From an uncultured Rikenella sp. (GTDB lineage: Bacteria; Bacteroidota; Bacteroidia; Bacteroidales; VadinHA17): a stretch of DNA of 51,163 nt. The translations under genes were made by a program, and so were the position numbers. Where the stretch lies: contig CAZFIF010000001.1 of assembly GCA_964519065.1 (NCBI GenBank), positions 1-51,163 on the forward strand. The letters are read 5' to 3'. Position 1 is the first letter of the stretch; each line of letters starts with the position of its first letter. This document shows positions 18,228-27,109 of this stretch, piece after piece. The notes beneath the pieces were generated by a model, which did not search any database, was not told the origin of the DNA, and saw nothing but the letters and a program-made list of their open reading frames with translations.

Positions 18228-18974
18228 ATGAAAAGCAGCTACCTCAGCTACCGGTTACGGTTTCTCTGGCTCGCCGTTTTCGCGATTGCCATGGGATTCC
18301 TGGAGGCGATTGTAGTGGTTTACCTCAGGGAGCTCTACTACCCCGGAGGTTTCAGTTTTCCCCTGAAGCTCATGTCTCCTGATCTTGTCACCATTGAATG
18401 GATAAGGGAGATCGCCACGCTGGTGATGCTTGCCGGTGTTGGGATCATCACCGGAAGAAACAATCTGCAGCGGCTCTGGTATGCGCTGTTCGCCTTCGGT
18501 GTATGGGACCTTACCTATTACGTTGCCCTTAAGCTGCTGATCGGCTGGCCTGCCTCCCTCCTCACCTGGGACCTGCTTTTTCTAATACCGGTCTCCTGGC
18601 TTGGGCCGGTGCTTGCCCCGTCACTGAATTCAGTGACCATGATCTTGATGGCAATGCTCCTGGTGGCAAGAGAGGAGGACGGTTTCTGCGTTAAGGTACG
18701 GCTCACTGACTGGATTCTCATATTCGGAGGTGCACTGATTATTCTCTACACATATCTGATCGATTTCTCCAGGCTGATTTTCGAAAGCGGCGTGCTTGCC
18801 CGTGGAAGCTCCCCGGAAGCTGGAGAGGAGCTGGCGACATTAGTAACAAGTTATATTCCTGACAGATACAGATGGTTTCTTTTCATTGCCGGTGAGGTGC
18901 TGATCGTGGCTGCCACGGTAAAAATTATGTTACGCAGCAAAAAATACCAGGAAAATGAAAACGTTAGCCAGTAA
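18228..18974 (+). CDS. Hypothetical polytopic membrane protein, family not recognised
   Basis: ~6 predicted TM helices. Starts 24 nt after the SRD5A-like gene on the same strand. I recognise no motif. Confidence 0.6.
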   Translation: MKSSYLSYRLRFLWLAVFAIAMGFLEAIVVVYLRELYYPGGFSFPLKLMSPDLVTIEWIREIATLVMLAGVGIITGRNNLQRLWYALFAFGVWDLTYYVALKLLIGWPASLLTWDLLFLIPVSWLGPVLAPSLNSVTMILMAMLLVAREEDGFCVKVRLTDWILIFGGALIILYTYLIDFSRLIFESGVLARGSSPEAGEELATLVTSYIPDRYRWFLFIAGEVLIVAATVKIMLRSKKYQENENVSQ

Positions 18975-19026
18975 CGGCTGATAAAATGTCACCGTGAAAT
19001 AATGCATGGCTTAAGCCAATAAATGA

Positions 19027-19059
19027 GAAGACCGCCGGGTTGGGGCGCCGGCAGTCTTC
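19027..19059 (+). terminator. GC-rich hairpin, candidate terminator of the 16468-18974 unit
   Basis: GAAGACCGCCGG / CCGGCAGTCTTC forms a 12-position stem with one C:A mismatch and a 9-nt loop. It sits 52 nt after the stop at 18974. No U-tract follows. Confidence 0.45.
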
Positions 19060-19279
19060 ATCGCATTAAAACGGACTTGTGGAAAGAAAGATAGATAGAA
19101 GCTTTCGCTGCTTCCTGTATCGTTGCCGTGGCAGGCGCTCGTAATAGGAGCTACCCACCATTGACAGTGTAAAGTTTATAAATGAATTATGAAGATTTGA
19201 TGAAATCAGGCAAAATATGCCCTCTGATTCTCAAAGGAAAAAGTCATACTTTTAGCTCAGATAAAAAAACTGTGTTACG

Positions 19280-20212
19280 ATGAATAACCTCAGGTTCATG
19301 AACAGCTATGTGCTGGTAACGGCATTAATTCTTTGTCTCCTTACTGCGAAGCCACTTCTGTCACAGGTCGCACCGGCAGGTAAAATTACATCCGGGCCCA
19401 CATCGGGCACTCTCGTCATCGCCGGCGGCGGCAGGCTGTCGGATACGATAATAAAGCGCTTCATATCACTTGCCGGAGGAGAGGATGCCAGGATAGTATT
19501 CATACCCACGGCCGCCGGAGCCGAGAGTTATTCTGACAGTGCAGCTGATTTTCTAAGGTCACGCGGTGCAGGTAATGTCACCGTGCTGCACACTGACAGC
19601 CGTGATACGGCCAACAGTGAAGTATTTACCGCTCCCCTTCTTGATGCAACGGGTGTGTGGTTCGGTGGAGGACGTCAGTGGCGGCTGGTCGATTCCTATA
19701 AAGGTACGCTGACCGAAGAGCTTTTCAGGCGTGTGCTTGAGCGGGGAGGTGTTATCGGAGGCTCCTCAGCCGGTGCGACGATCCAGGGATCCTTCCTTGC
19801 CAGGGGTGATACGGAAAACAACCAGGTGATGATGGGAGACCACCAGGAGGGGTTCGGCTACATTAGCAATATCGCAATCGATCAGCATGTGCTGGCGAGA
19901 AACAGGCAGTTCGACATGTACGGTATCCTGCGTGAACACCCTGAGTTGCTGGGGATAGGAATAGATGAAAATACGGCCGTGGTTGTGCAGAGAGACACCA
20001 TGGAGGTGATAGGTGCCAGCTATGTTCTTATATACGACGGTTCATTCTGGTCGCGCGAGGGCAGTGACCTGAAGATCCTGCCGGAAAAGGATTTTCTCTT
20101 TTACCTGCTCAGGCAGGGTGACAGGTATGACCTTAGAAAAAGGAAGGTCATCGACCAAACAGATAAAAGTCTGATAAATAGCAATATAATCGTATATATC
20201 AGAAACAGTTGA
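19280..20212 (+). CDS. S51 family peptidase (cyanophycinase-like, class I glutamine amidotransferase-like fold), secreted
   Basis: Signal peptide, LVIAGGG, and a nucleophile-elbow-like GGSSAGATIQG typical of the cyanophycinase/peptidase E family. Confidence 0.78.
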   Translation: MNNLRFMNSYVLVTALILCLLTAKPLLSQVAPAGKITSGPTSGTLVIAGGGRLSDTIIKRFISLAGGEDARIVFIPTAAGAESYSDSAADFLRSRGAGNVTVLHTDSRDTANSEVFTAPLLDATGVWFGGGRQWRLVDSYKGTLTEELFRRVLERGGVIGGSSAGATIQGSFLARGDTENNQVMMGDHQEGFGYISNIAIDQHVLARNRQFDMYGILREHPELLGIGIDENTAVVVQRDTMEVIGASYVLIYDGSFWSREGSDLKILPEKDFLFYLLRQGDRYDLRKRKVIDQTDKSLINSNIIVYIRNS

Positions 20213-20414
20213 GACAACCGGGCAGCTGTTTTCTCCCGTGTTGGCCTGCTTCAGGAATCTGACGATACTCCTCTGCAGGTAACAGTAAATCAAAGTTGGA
20301 TTGAAATCGCACCAGTGCTGCAACTCTTTGAAAAATGTGCGCGATTTCCATTTGCCGGAGCAAAATCGCACGATTTTATGTAAGTTTATTGGCTCGGTTC
20401 AAACATTAAAACAG

Positions 20415-21974
20415 ATGAAGAAGATCATTTTACTTGCCTTCCTGATGCTGGCCTGCAGCGTTCTCTGGTCGCAGCCCCTGGCCACAAAGGATATCGACAA
20501 ACTGGTGGAGATGACCATGCAGGAGTTCAACGTTCCAGGCATAGCTGTGGCTGTGGTCAAAGATGATGAGGTGATACACATGAAAGGATACGGCATCAGC
20601 TCAATTGCCACCGGGAGCAGGACGGACGAGAACACGCTTTTCGGGATAGCCTCCAACTCCAAGGCATTTACCGCAGCTGCCCTGGCGATACTTGTTGATG
20701 AGGGGAAGCTGACCTGGGAGACAAAGGTCATTGACATCATTCCGGAGTTCAGGCTCTACAACTCATATGTCACCGAAGATTTCAACATAAAGGATCTGCT
20801 GACCCACCGCAGCGGCATGGGTCTCGGTGCCGGGGACCTTATGCTCTGGCCCGACTCCTCGTCCTTCACAAGAGATGATATAATCCACAATCTCAGGTAC
20901 CTGAAGCAGGTCTCTCCGTTCCGCACGAAGTACGATTATGACAACCTTCTATATATTGTTGCAGGAGAGGTGGTTGCGAGAGTTTCAGGGCAGAGCTGGG
21001 AACAGTTCATTGAGGAGAGGATCATGGGGCCACTGGGAATGAACAGGTCAGCTGCCTCACTCGGAAGAATAAAAGATAAGTCAAACATCATCGATGCACA
21101 TGTACCGGTTGAGGGTGTTCTGCAGGTCGTTTCCAGGTATGAAAGTGACCTGATGAACCCGGCCGGGGGCATCTGGAGCAGCGTGGCCGATATGAGCAGG
21201 TGGGTCATCATGCAGATGAACCGCGGCAAATTCGGTCCTGAGCTTGAGAAGCAAATCTTCTCGGAGGGTGTTCACAGGGAGATGTGGACACCACAGACCA
21301 TAATACCTGTCAGGTCACCCGGGCCTTACAGAAGTCACTTTGCGGGCTACGGCCTTGGCTGGCGCCTAACCGATGTAAGCGGATACCTCCAGGCCTCCCA
21401 TACCGGGGGGCTGTCGGGCATCGTGACACAGGTGACGCTGATCCCGGAAATGAAACTGGGAATTATTGTATTTACCAATCAGCAGGCAGGAAGTGCCTTC
21501 ACGGCGATTACCAACTCCATCCTGGACGGATACTTCGGTATCAAAGGCAACGACTGGGTCAGACTATTGGGCGATAATGTCAGCAGAAGAGAGGCTGAGG
21601 CAGGGAAGATCACCGATGAGGTGTGGGCACGGATAGAGAAACAGCGTGCCACCGGAACAGAGAGCATTGACACCGCACCCTATGCCGGTCAGTACAGCGA
21701 CAACTGGCTGGGAGAGATCGTAATATCGGAGGCCGGGGGCAGGATGAGGTTCAGCTCAGTCCGGTCGCCCAAACTGAGAGGTGACATGTACTGGTACACA
21801 GCTAACACCTTCATAGTCAAATGGGACGACAGATCTATGGATGCCGATGCCTGGGCGATATTCACCCTTGACAGGGAGGGCAGGCCCTCAGAGATACGTA
21901 TGGAAGCCATCTCGCCGCTGACCGATTTCAGCTATGATTTCCACGACCTCTTCTTTACAAGAAAGAAAAACTGA
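20415..21974 (+). CDS. S12 beta-lactamase-fold serine hydrolase with C-terminal beta-rich domain, copy 1 of a tandem pair
   Basis: Signal peptide. SxxK (ASNSKAF), YDN (YDYDNLLY), HTG (SHTGGLSG). The start is set at ATG 20415 (MKKIILLAFLML). The track start at 20301 is TTG. Confidence 0.85.
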   Translation: MKKIILLAFLMLACSVLWSQPLATKDIDKLVEMTMQEFNVPGIAVAVVKDDEVIHMKGYGISSIATGSRTDENTLFGIASNSKAFTAAALAILVDEGKLTWETKVIDIIPEFRLYNSYVTEDFNIKDLLTHRSGMGLGAGDLMLWPDSSSFTRDDIIHNLRYLKQVSPFRTKYDYDNLLYIVAGEVVARVSGQSWEQFIEERIMGPLGMNRSAASLGRIKDKSNIIDAHVPVEGVLQVVSRYESDLMNPAGGIWSSVADMSRWVIMQMNRGKFGPELEKQIFSEGVHREMWTPQTIIPVRSPGPYRSHFAGYGLGWRLTDVSGYLQASHTGGLSGIVTQVTLIPEMKLGIIVFTNQQAGSAFTAITNSILDGYFGIKGNDWVRLLGDNVSRREAEAGKITDEVWARIEKQRATGTESIDTAPYAGQYSDNWLGEIVISEAGGRMRFSSVRSPKLRGDMYWYTANTFIVKWDDRSMDADAWAIFTLDREGRPSEIRMEAISPLTDFSYDFHDLFFTRKKN

Positions 21975-21995
21975 CTATAAACAGAGTGCCAGCCG

Positions 21996-23552
21996 ATGAA
22001 GAAACTGCTTTTCACCTGCCTGATAATTCTATGCTCGCTCATTTCGCTTGCGCAGCCTCTCTCGTCCAAAAAGATTGACAGGCTCACGGAGAGAGTGCGG
22101 CAGGAATTCAACGTACCAGGCATTGCCGTGGCCGTGGTCAAGGATGGTGAAGTGCTACATATGAAAGGATACGGTGTCAGGTCGATCGCCACCGGCGAAA
22201 AGACCGATGAGAATACTTTGTTTGCCATCGCCTCAAACACCAAAGCCTTCACCACGGCAGCCCTGGGCATCCTGATCGACGAAGGAAAGCTGAACTGGGA
22301 TTCCAGGGTTATAGAGATCGTCCCGGAGTTCAGGCTCTACGATTCTTATGTTACGGAGGACTTCCGTATCAGGGACCTCCTCACCCACCGCAGCGGGCTT
22401 GGACTCGGCGCCGGCGACCTGATGATGTGGCCCGACTCGGCAATGTTCACCGCTGAGGATATTATTATTAACCTCAGGCATTTGAGGCAGGCCTCACCAT
22501 TCAGAACCAGGTATGACTATGACAATCTTCTCTATGTTGTTGCCGGTGAGGTTGTTGAGAGAATCTCTGGAATTAGCTGGGAAGCGTTTGTGGAAACACG
22601 GATCATGCACCCGCTTGGTATGACCGGCTCATCAGCATCATTCAGAGGGTTACGCGACAGATCCAACATCATCGATGCGCATGTTCCGGTAGACGATGTT
22701 CTCCAGGTAGCTCCCAAACAGGAAAACAGGCTCCACAATTCCTCAGGCGGCATTTACAGCAACATCAGCGACCTGAGCAAATGGGTCATCTGTCAGCTAA
22801 ACCGGGGAAGGTACGGGCCAAGCCTTGAAAAGCAGATTTTTTCAGAGGAGGTACACATGGAGATGTGGTCTCCGCAGACGATTAAGTCCTTGTCCGGGAA
22901 CGGGCCATATAAAAGCCACTTCTCAGTCTACGGTCTTGGCTGGAACATGACAGACATTAACGGTTTCTTACAGGTTTTTCACACCGGCACTCATACCGGC
23001 ATTGTGACCAGGGTGACCATGCTCCCGGAGCTGAATCTCGGGATCATTGTCCTTACCAATCAGCAGGTCACTGAAGCTTATGAAGCCATCACATATTCCA
23101 TTGTAGACGGGTATCTTGGCATCAGGGGTGTTGACCGGGTGGAAGCGCTGAAGAAGAGCCTCCTCAGAGACCGCGAAGAAGCTGCGAAGATCACGGAGCA
23201 GGTGTGGGCAAAGGTGGAGGCGCAGCACTCAATGGCAGGCAGTCAGGTTAACAACTCCCTTTACACCGGCAGATACACCGACCCGTGGTTTGGTGACATC
23301 ATCATCGCGGAGTCCGGGGGCAGGTTGAGGTTCAATGCGGTCAGGTCGCCCAGGCTGAGGGGCGATATGTTCCACTACATCGGCAATACATTTATTGTCC
23401 GGTGGGATGAGAGAACCTTTGATGCTGATGCCTTTGTGATCTTCTCACTTGACAGGGAGGGCACTCCGGAGAGTATAAGGATGGAGGCGGTCTCCCCTCT
23501 CACCGACTTCAGTTATGACTTTCACGATCTGAACCTGAGGAGAGAACAATGA
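21996..23552 (+). CDS. S12 beta-lactamase-fold serine hydrolase, copy 2 of the tandem pair
   Basis: Collinear with the upstream gene along its whole length: ASNTKAF, YDYDNLLY, FHTGTHTG, and a shared C-terminal SPLTDFSYDFHDL. Starts 21 nt after the paralog. Confidence 0.85.
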   Translation: MKKLLFTCLIILCSLISLAQPLSSKKIDRLTERVRQEFNVPGIAVAVVKDGEVLHMKGYGVRSIATGEKTDENTLFAIASNTKAFTTAALGILIDEGKLNWDSRVIEIVPEFRLYDSYVTEDFRIRDLLTHRSGLGLGAGDLMMWPDSAMFTAEDIIINLRHLRQASPFRTRYDYDNLLYVVAGEVVERISGISWEAFVETRIMHPLGMTGSSASFRGLRDRSNIIDAHVPVDDVLQVAPKQENRLHNSSGGIYSNISDLSKWVICQLNRGRYGPSLEKQIFSEEVHMEMWSPQTIKSLSGNGPYKSHFSVYGLGWNMTDINGFLQVFHTGTHTGIVTRVTMLPELNLGIIVLTNQQVTEAYEAITYSIVDGYLGIRGVDRVEALKKSLLRDREEAAKITEQVWAKVEAQHSMAGSQVNNSLYTGRYTDPWFGDIIIAESGGRLRFNAVRSPRLRGDMFHYIGNTFIVRWDERTFDADAFVIFSLDREGTPESIRMEAVSPLTDFSYDFHDLNLRREQ

Positions 23553-23639
23553 AAATCACCAGGAGAAGATACCTATAAAACCACACTGTAGTGAATTATC
23601 CTGAAAAGGCAAAACGTGAATGAATTTTCGTGAAATATT

Positions 23640-26600
23640 ATGAAAGTAATGACCATGAGGAGATTTCTATTGCTTATCACCATTATCCTTGGTGTCACCG
23701 CTCCCGCCCTGAAGGGTCAGTCGTTTTTCACCCCCGATGACCGGATAGTAAACGGATTTGCCCGCAAACTGTCAGGTACTGACTTTGAGTACCATTCATG
23801 CATCCCGGGGCTCCGTGAGAGCATTCTTGTCAGGGCTACCGGCGGTAAGGATATGATGGAGTGGGAAACCGCTACCGTCCCTGAAAAAAACGATAAAAAA
23901 TATGTCGCTCTTGTATGGATAGCTGCCCTGGGCTCAGGGCCGGGAACTGCCGGAATGGATCTCGAAGTGAACGGAGAGCACTCTCTCTCCTTTTTTACTG
24001 ACGGCCGCAGATCATGGGATATTGAAGGCAGCGGGGGAGCGATGCTGAGTTTCAGGGCTATCATGACAGACCAGCACGGAGACCACCACGGGTACATGAT
24101 ACTGCGCATACCAGCTGACAGGGTGTCCGTCGGAAAACCTCTGAAGATCAGGGTCACGGGCAGCGCCTCAAATCTAAGTTCCTGGTATATGACATACCGC
24201 AAGCCCGTGGAGACAGGCGTTACCCTCAACGCCTTTCCTGCCATGCTCAGGAACCAGGGCAATCCACTGCAGCTGGTAGAGGCAGCCATATTTTACTTCG
24301 GCGACGAAACTGAAGCCAATATCTATGCAAACGGGAAACTGATTAAAAAAACCATGCTCAGTTTCGGTTATAACGCAGTCAACCTCGGACTTCCCGCGGT
24401 TAAGAAGCCCAGGGTGACCAGATTGAAAATCGTTGCCGCTGATTTCTCTGCAGCCCGGACTGTCACCCTGGAGCCCGTTAGAAAATGGCATATCAGTTTC
24501 ATCCAGCATGCCCATACCGATATAGGCTACACCAGGCCGCAGAACGAGATACTGGCCGAGCATCTCCGGTACATAGACTATGCCCTCGATTACTGTGATG
24601 CCACCGACAGTTATCCTGACAATGCCATGTTCCGCTGGACCTGCGAAGCCAGCTGGCCCGTCGATGAATACCTGAGGTGCAGGCCGCAGGAGCAGAGAGA
24701 GAGGCTTATTCAGCGAATCCGGGAAGGAAGGATCGAGGTCACCGGCATGTACTTCAATTTTGACGAACTACCTGATGAGCAGATACTTGCTGCCTCACTT
24801 CAGGCTGTGGGCAGAATAAAGGAACAGGGTATCCCTGTCACGGTGGCGATGCAGAACGACGTTAACGGCATAGGATGGTGTCTCAATGACTTCTATGACG
24901 GACTGGGGGTGAAATACCTGAACATGGGGACTCACGGCCATCGTGCCCTCATATGTTTTGACAGGCCCACCCTCTTCTGGTGGGAATCACCTTCAGGAAA
25001 GCGGATGCTAGCATTCAGGGCAGAGCATTACATGACCGGCAATACGGTAATGGAAGTACAGTCGGGTGACATTGACAAGTTCAAGAATAACCTGCTGAAC
25101 TATCTTATCAGCCTCGAAGCTAAGGGTTACCCTTATGAGAGGATGGCGATACAGCACTCCGGCTATCTGACTGACAACTCACCGCCATCGACCTCCATGA
25201 GTGAGATGATCCTGCAATGGAATGATATTTTTGAGTGGCCGAAGCTTACCACTTCAACCGCAGAATCATTTTTCACACAGATGGAGAGAGGCCACGGCGA
25301 CCAGTTCCCTGTCATTCGCGGGGCATGGCCTGACTGGTGGACCGACGGGTTCGGGGCCTCGGCACGGGAGGTGGCGGCGACACGCAATGCGGCGGTGCAG
25401 CTTATGGCAAATACCGGAGGGTTGTCAATGGCTGCTGTTGCGGGTATGACGCTGCCGGAGGAGTCAGCGGAGAAGAGTGCCCTGGCAAATGAAGCCCTGC
25501 TGTTTTATACCGAGCATACCACAGGATATTCGGAGAGCGTACGCGAGCCCTACAGCCAGCCAACCATGGAGCAGAGAGCACTGAAGGAGTCTTATGCCTG
25601 GGAGGCCGTCCGCAGGACCGCCTCGCTGGGAGAGGCAGCCATGGGTCTGCTGCAGAGTATGTTCGAAAGGGAGCAAGAGCCCTCCCTGGTTGTCTTCAAC
25701 ACCCTCAGCTGGAAGAGGTCAGCGCTGGCAACGGTATATATTGATCATCAGATAGTACCCCGCGGTATGAGGGCCGGCATCTATGACCATGATGGCAACC
25801 GGATGGCATCGCAGCCATTGTCATCAAGATCTGATGGAAGTTACTGGGCCGTATGGGTCAGTGACCTGCCTGCATTCGGTTATAAAAAGTACCTCATCAG
25901 GCCGGAGCCGGAAGAGACAGTGCCATCACTGCCTCAACATGAGGAGATTGTGTCAGTGCCGTCTCACCGTGACAATATTCTGGAGAACAGATGGTACAGG
26001 ATCGTGACAGACAATTCTTCGGGAATTATCAAATCCATATATGACAAGGAACTTTCGAGAGAGCTCGTTGACACAGGGGCACAGCATGCCATGGGAGAGT
26101 TCATCCTTGAGCAGCTTGGCAACAGGTCACAGATGGAGAACAAGGTTCTGAATGACTACCGCAGGTTATCTCTGGATACAGTATGGTTTGATTCGAGGTC
26201 AGGCGGTGAAGTCTGGAACAGCATCAGGTTCTACGGAGAGAGTGAGACAGCAATCGGACCGCGGGGTTACTCTTTTGAAATCAGGCTTTTCAATAACTGC
26301 AAACGGATAGATCTCTCGTGTTCGATAACAAAAAAGAGCATCACCGACCCTGAAAGCTTCTACATAGCGTTCCCCTTCGTCGTTGAAAACGGCATACATT
26401 TCACGGAAGTGGCAGGGGGAGTGATCAGGACAGGCACCGATCAGATACCCGGATCCTCAAACGACTGGTATACGGTCCAGAATTTCACCGCAGTGCGCAA
26501 TGACCAGATGCAGGTCGTTATGGGTTCCGGCGAGATGCCCCTGATGCAGTTCGGAGCCATAAATACCGGGAGGTACCGGGAGGGGGCTCTACCGCAGACC

Positions 26601-27053
26601 ACGCACATCTATTCGTGGCCGATGAACAACTACTGGGTCACCAATTTCAACGCTGACCAGCGTGGCGGTCACTCCTGGAGTTACTACCTCACCTCTTCGA
26701 ATGACAACAGCGATATTTTTGCGACCAGGTTCGGCTGGGGCGCCAGGGTTCCGGTGCTGACACGTATACTACCCGGGGCCGGTCAGGGTGATGAGAGGTG
26801 GAAAGGCTCATTCATTGAGGGATGGCCCTCAAGTGTTATCCTTGTAAATGCCAGGCCTGACGCTGATGGAAAATCTGTTTTCATTCAGCTTAGAGAGACA
26901 GGCGGGGAAGAGAGAGTACTCTCCCTTACCAACGGATTTACGGGCGCCCCTCTGACCTTGAGAGAGGTGGATGTAACCGGCACTCCTGTTGCCGGTTCTT
27001 CTGCGAAGATCGGTCCGCTGGAGAGCAAATTCTTTGAGATAATATTACCCTGA
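23640..27053 (+). CDS. GH38-like (alpha-mannosidase family) protein with a ~280 aa N-terminal extension, secreted
   Basis: Signal peptide. GH38-type metal-binding start of the catalytic barrel (HISFIQHAHTDIGYT), RIREGRIEVTGMYFNFDE, and MQNDVNGIGW. 1137 aa. Confidence 0.68.
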   Translation: MKVMTMRRFLLLITIILGVTAPALKGQSFFTPDDRIVNGFARKLSGTDFEYHSCIPGLRESILVRATGGKDMMEWETATVPEKNDKKYVALVWIAALGSGPGTAGMDLEVNGEHSLSFFTDGRRSWDIEGSGGAMLSFRAIMTDQHGDHHGYMILRIPADRVSVGKPLKIRVTGSASNLSSWYMTYRKPVETGVTLNAFPAMLRNQGNPLQLVEAAIFYFGDETEANIYANGKLIKKTMLSFGYNAVNLGLPAVKKPRVTRLKIVAADFSAARTVTLEPVRKWHISFIQHAHTDIGYTRPQNEILAEHLRYIDYALDYCDATDSYPDNAMFRWTCEASWPVDEYLRCRPQEQRERLIQRIREGRIEVTGMYFNFDELPDEQILAASLQAVGRIKEQGIPVTVAMQNDVNGIGWCLNDFYDGLGVKYLNMGTHGHRALICFDRPTLFWWESPSGKRMLAFRAEHYMTGNTVMEVQSGDIDKFKNNLLNYLISLEAKGYPYERMAIQHSGYLTDNSPPSTSMSEMILQWNDIFEWPKLTTSTAESFFTQMERGHGDQFPVIRGAWPDWWTDGFGASAREVAATRNAAVQLMANTGGLSMAAVAGMTLPEESAEKSALANEALLFYTEHTTGYSESVREPYSQPTMEQRALKESYAWEAVRRTASLGEAAMGLLQSMFEREQEPSLVVFNTLSWKRSALATVYIDHQIVPRGMRAGIYDHDGNRMASQPLSSRSDGSYWAVWVSDLPAFGYKKYLIRPEPEETVPSLPQHEEIVSVPSHRDNILENRWYRIVTDNSSGIIKSIYDKELSRELVDTGAQHAMGEFILEQLGNRSQMENKVLNDYRRLSLDTVWFDSRSGGEVWNSIRFYGESETAIGPRGYSFEIRLFNNCKRIDLSCSITKKSITDPESFYIAFPFVVENGIHFTEVAGGVIRTGTDQIPGSSNDWYTVQNFTAVRNDQMQVVMGSGEMPLMQFGAINTGRYREGALPQTTHIYSWPMNNYWVTNFNADQRGGHSWSYYLTSSNDNSDIFATRFGWGARVPVLTRILPGAGQGDERWKGSFIEGWPSSVILVNARPDADGKSVFIQLRETGGEERVLSLTNGFTGAPLTLREVDVTGTPVAGSSAKIGPLESKFFEIILP

Positions 27054-27109
27054 TACAACCTTTACCACCGGCAGCCTTAAGAAAAGAAAGTGACACATTT
27101 CCAAAACCT

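Noticed and set aside
170-23552. Four beta-lactamase-fold genes read as antibiotic-resistance determinants
   Set aside because: They look like generic S12 family hydrolases with extra C-terminal domains and signal or lipoprotein leaders. They sit among peptidase and glycosidase genes, and no mobile-element context is present. Resistance cannot be inferred from the SxxK/YxN/HTG motifs alone.
23717-24289. 190-aa - strand ORF inside the 5' part of the GH38-like gene
   Set aside because: It is antisense to a continuous 1137-aa ORF that starts with a signal peptide, and it has no motif.
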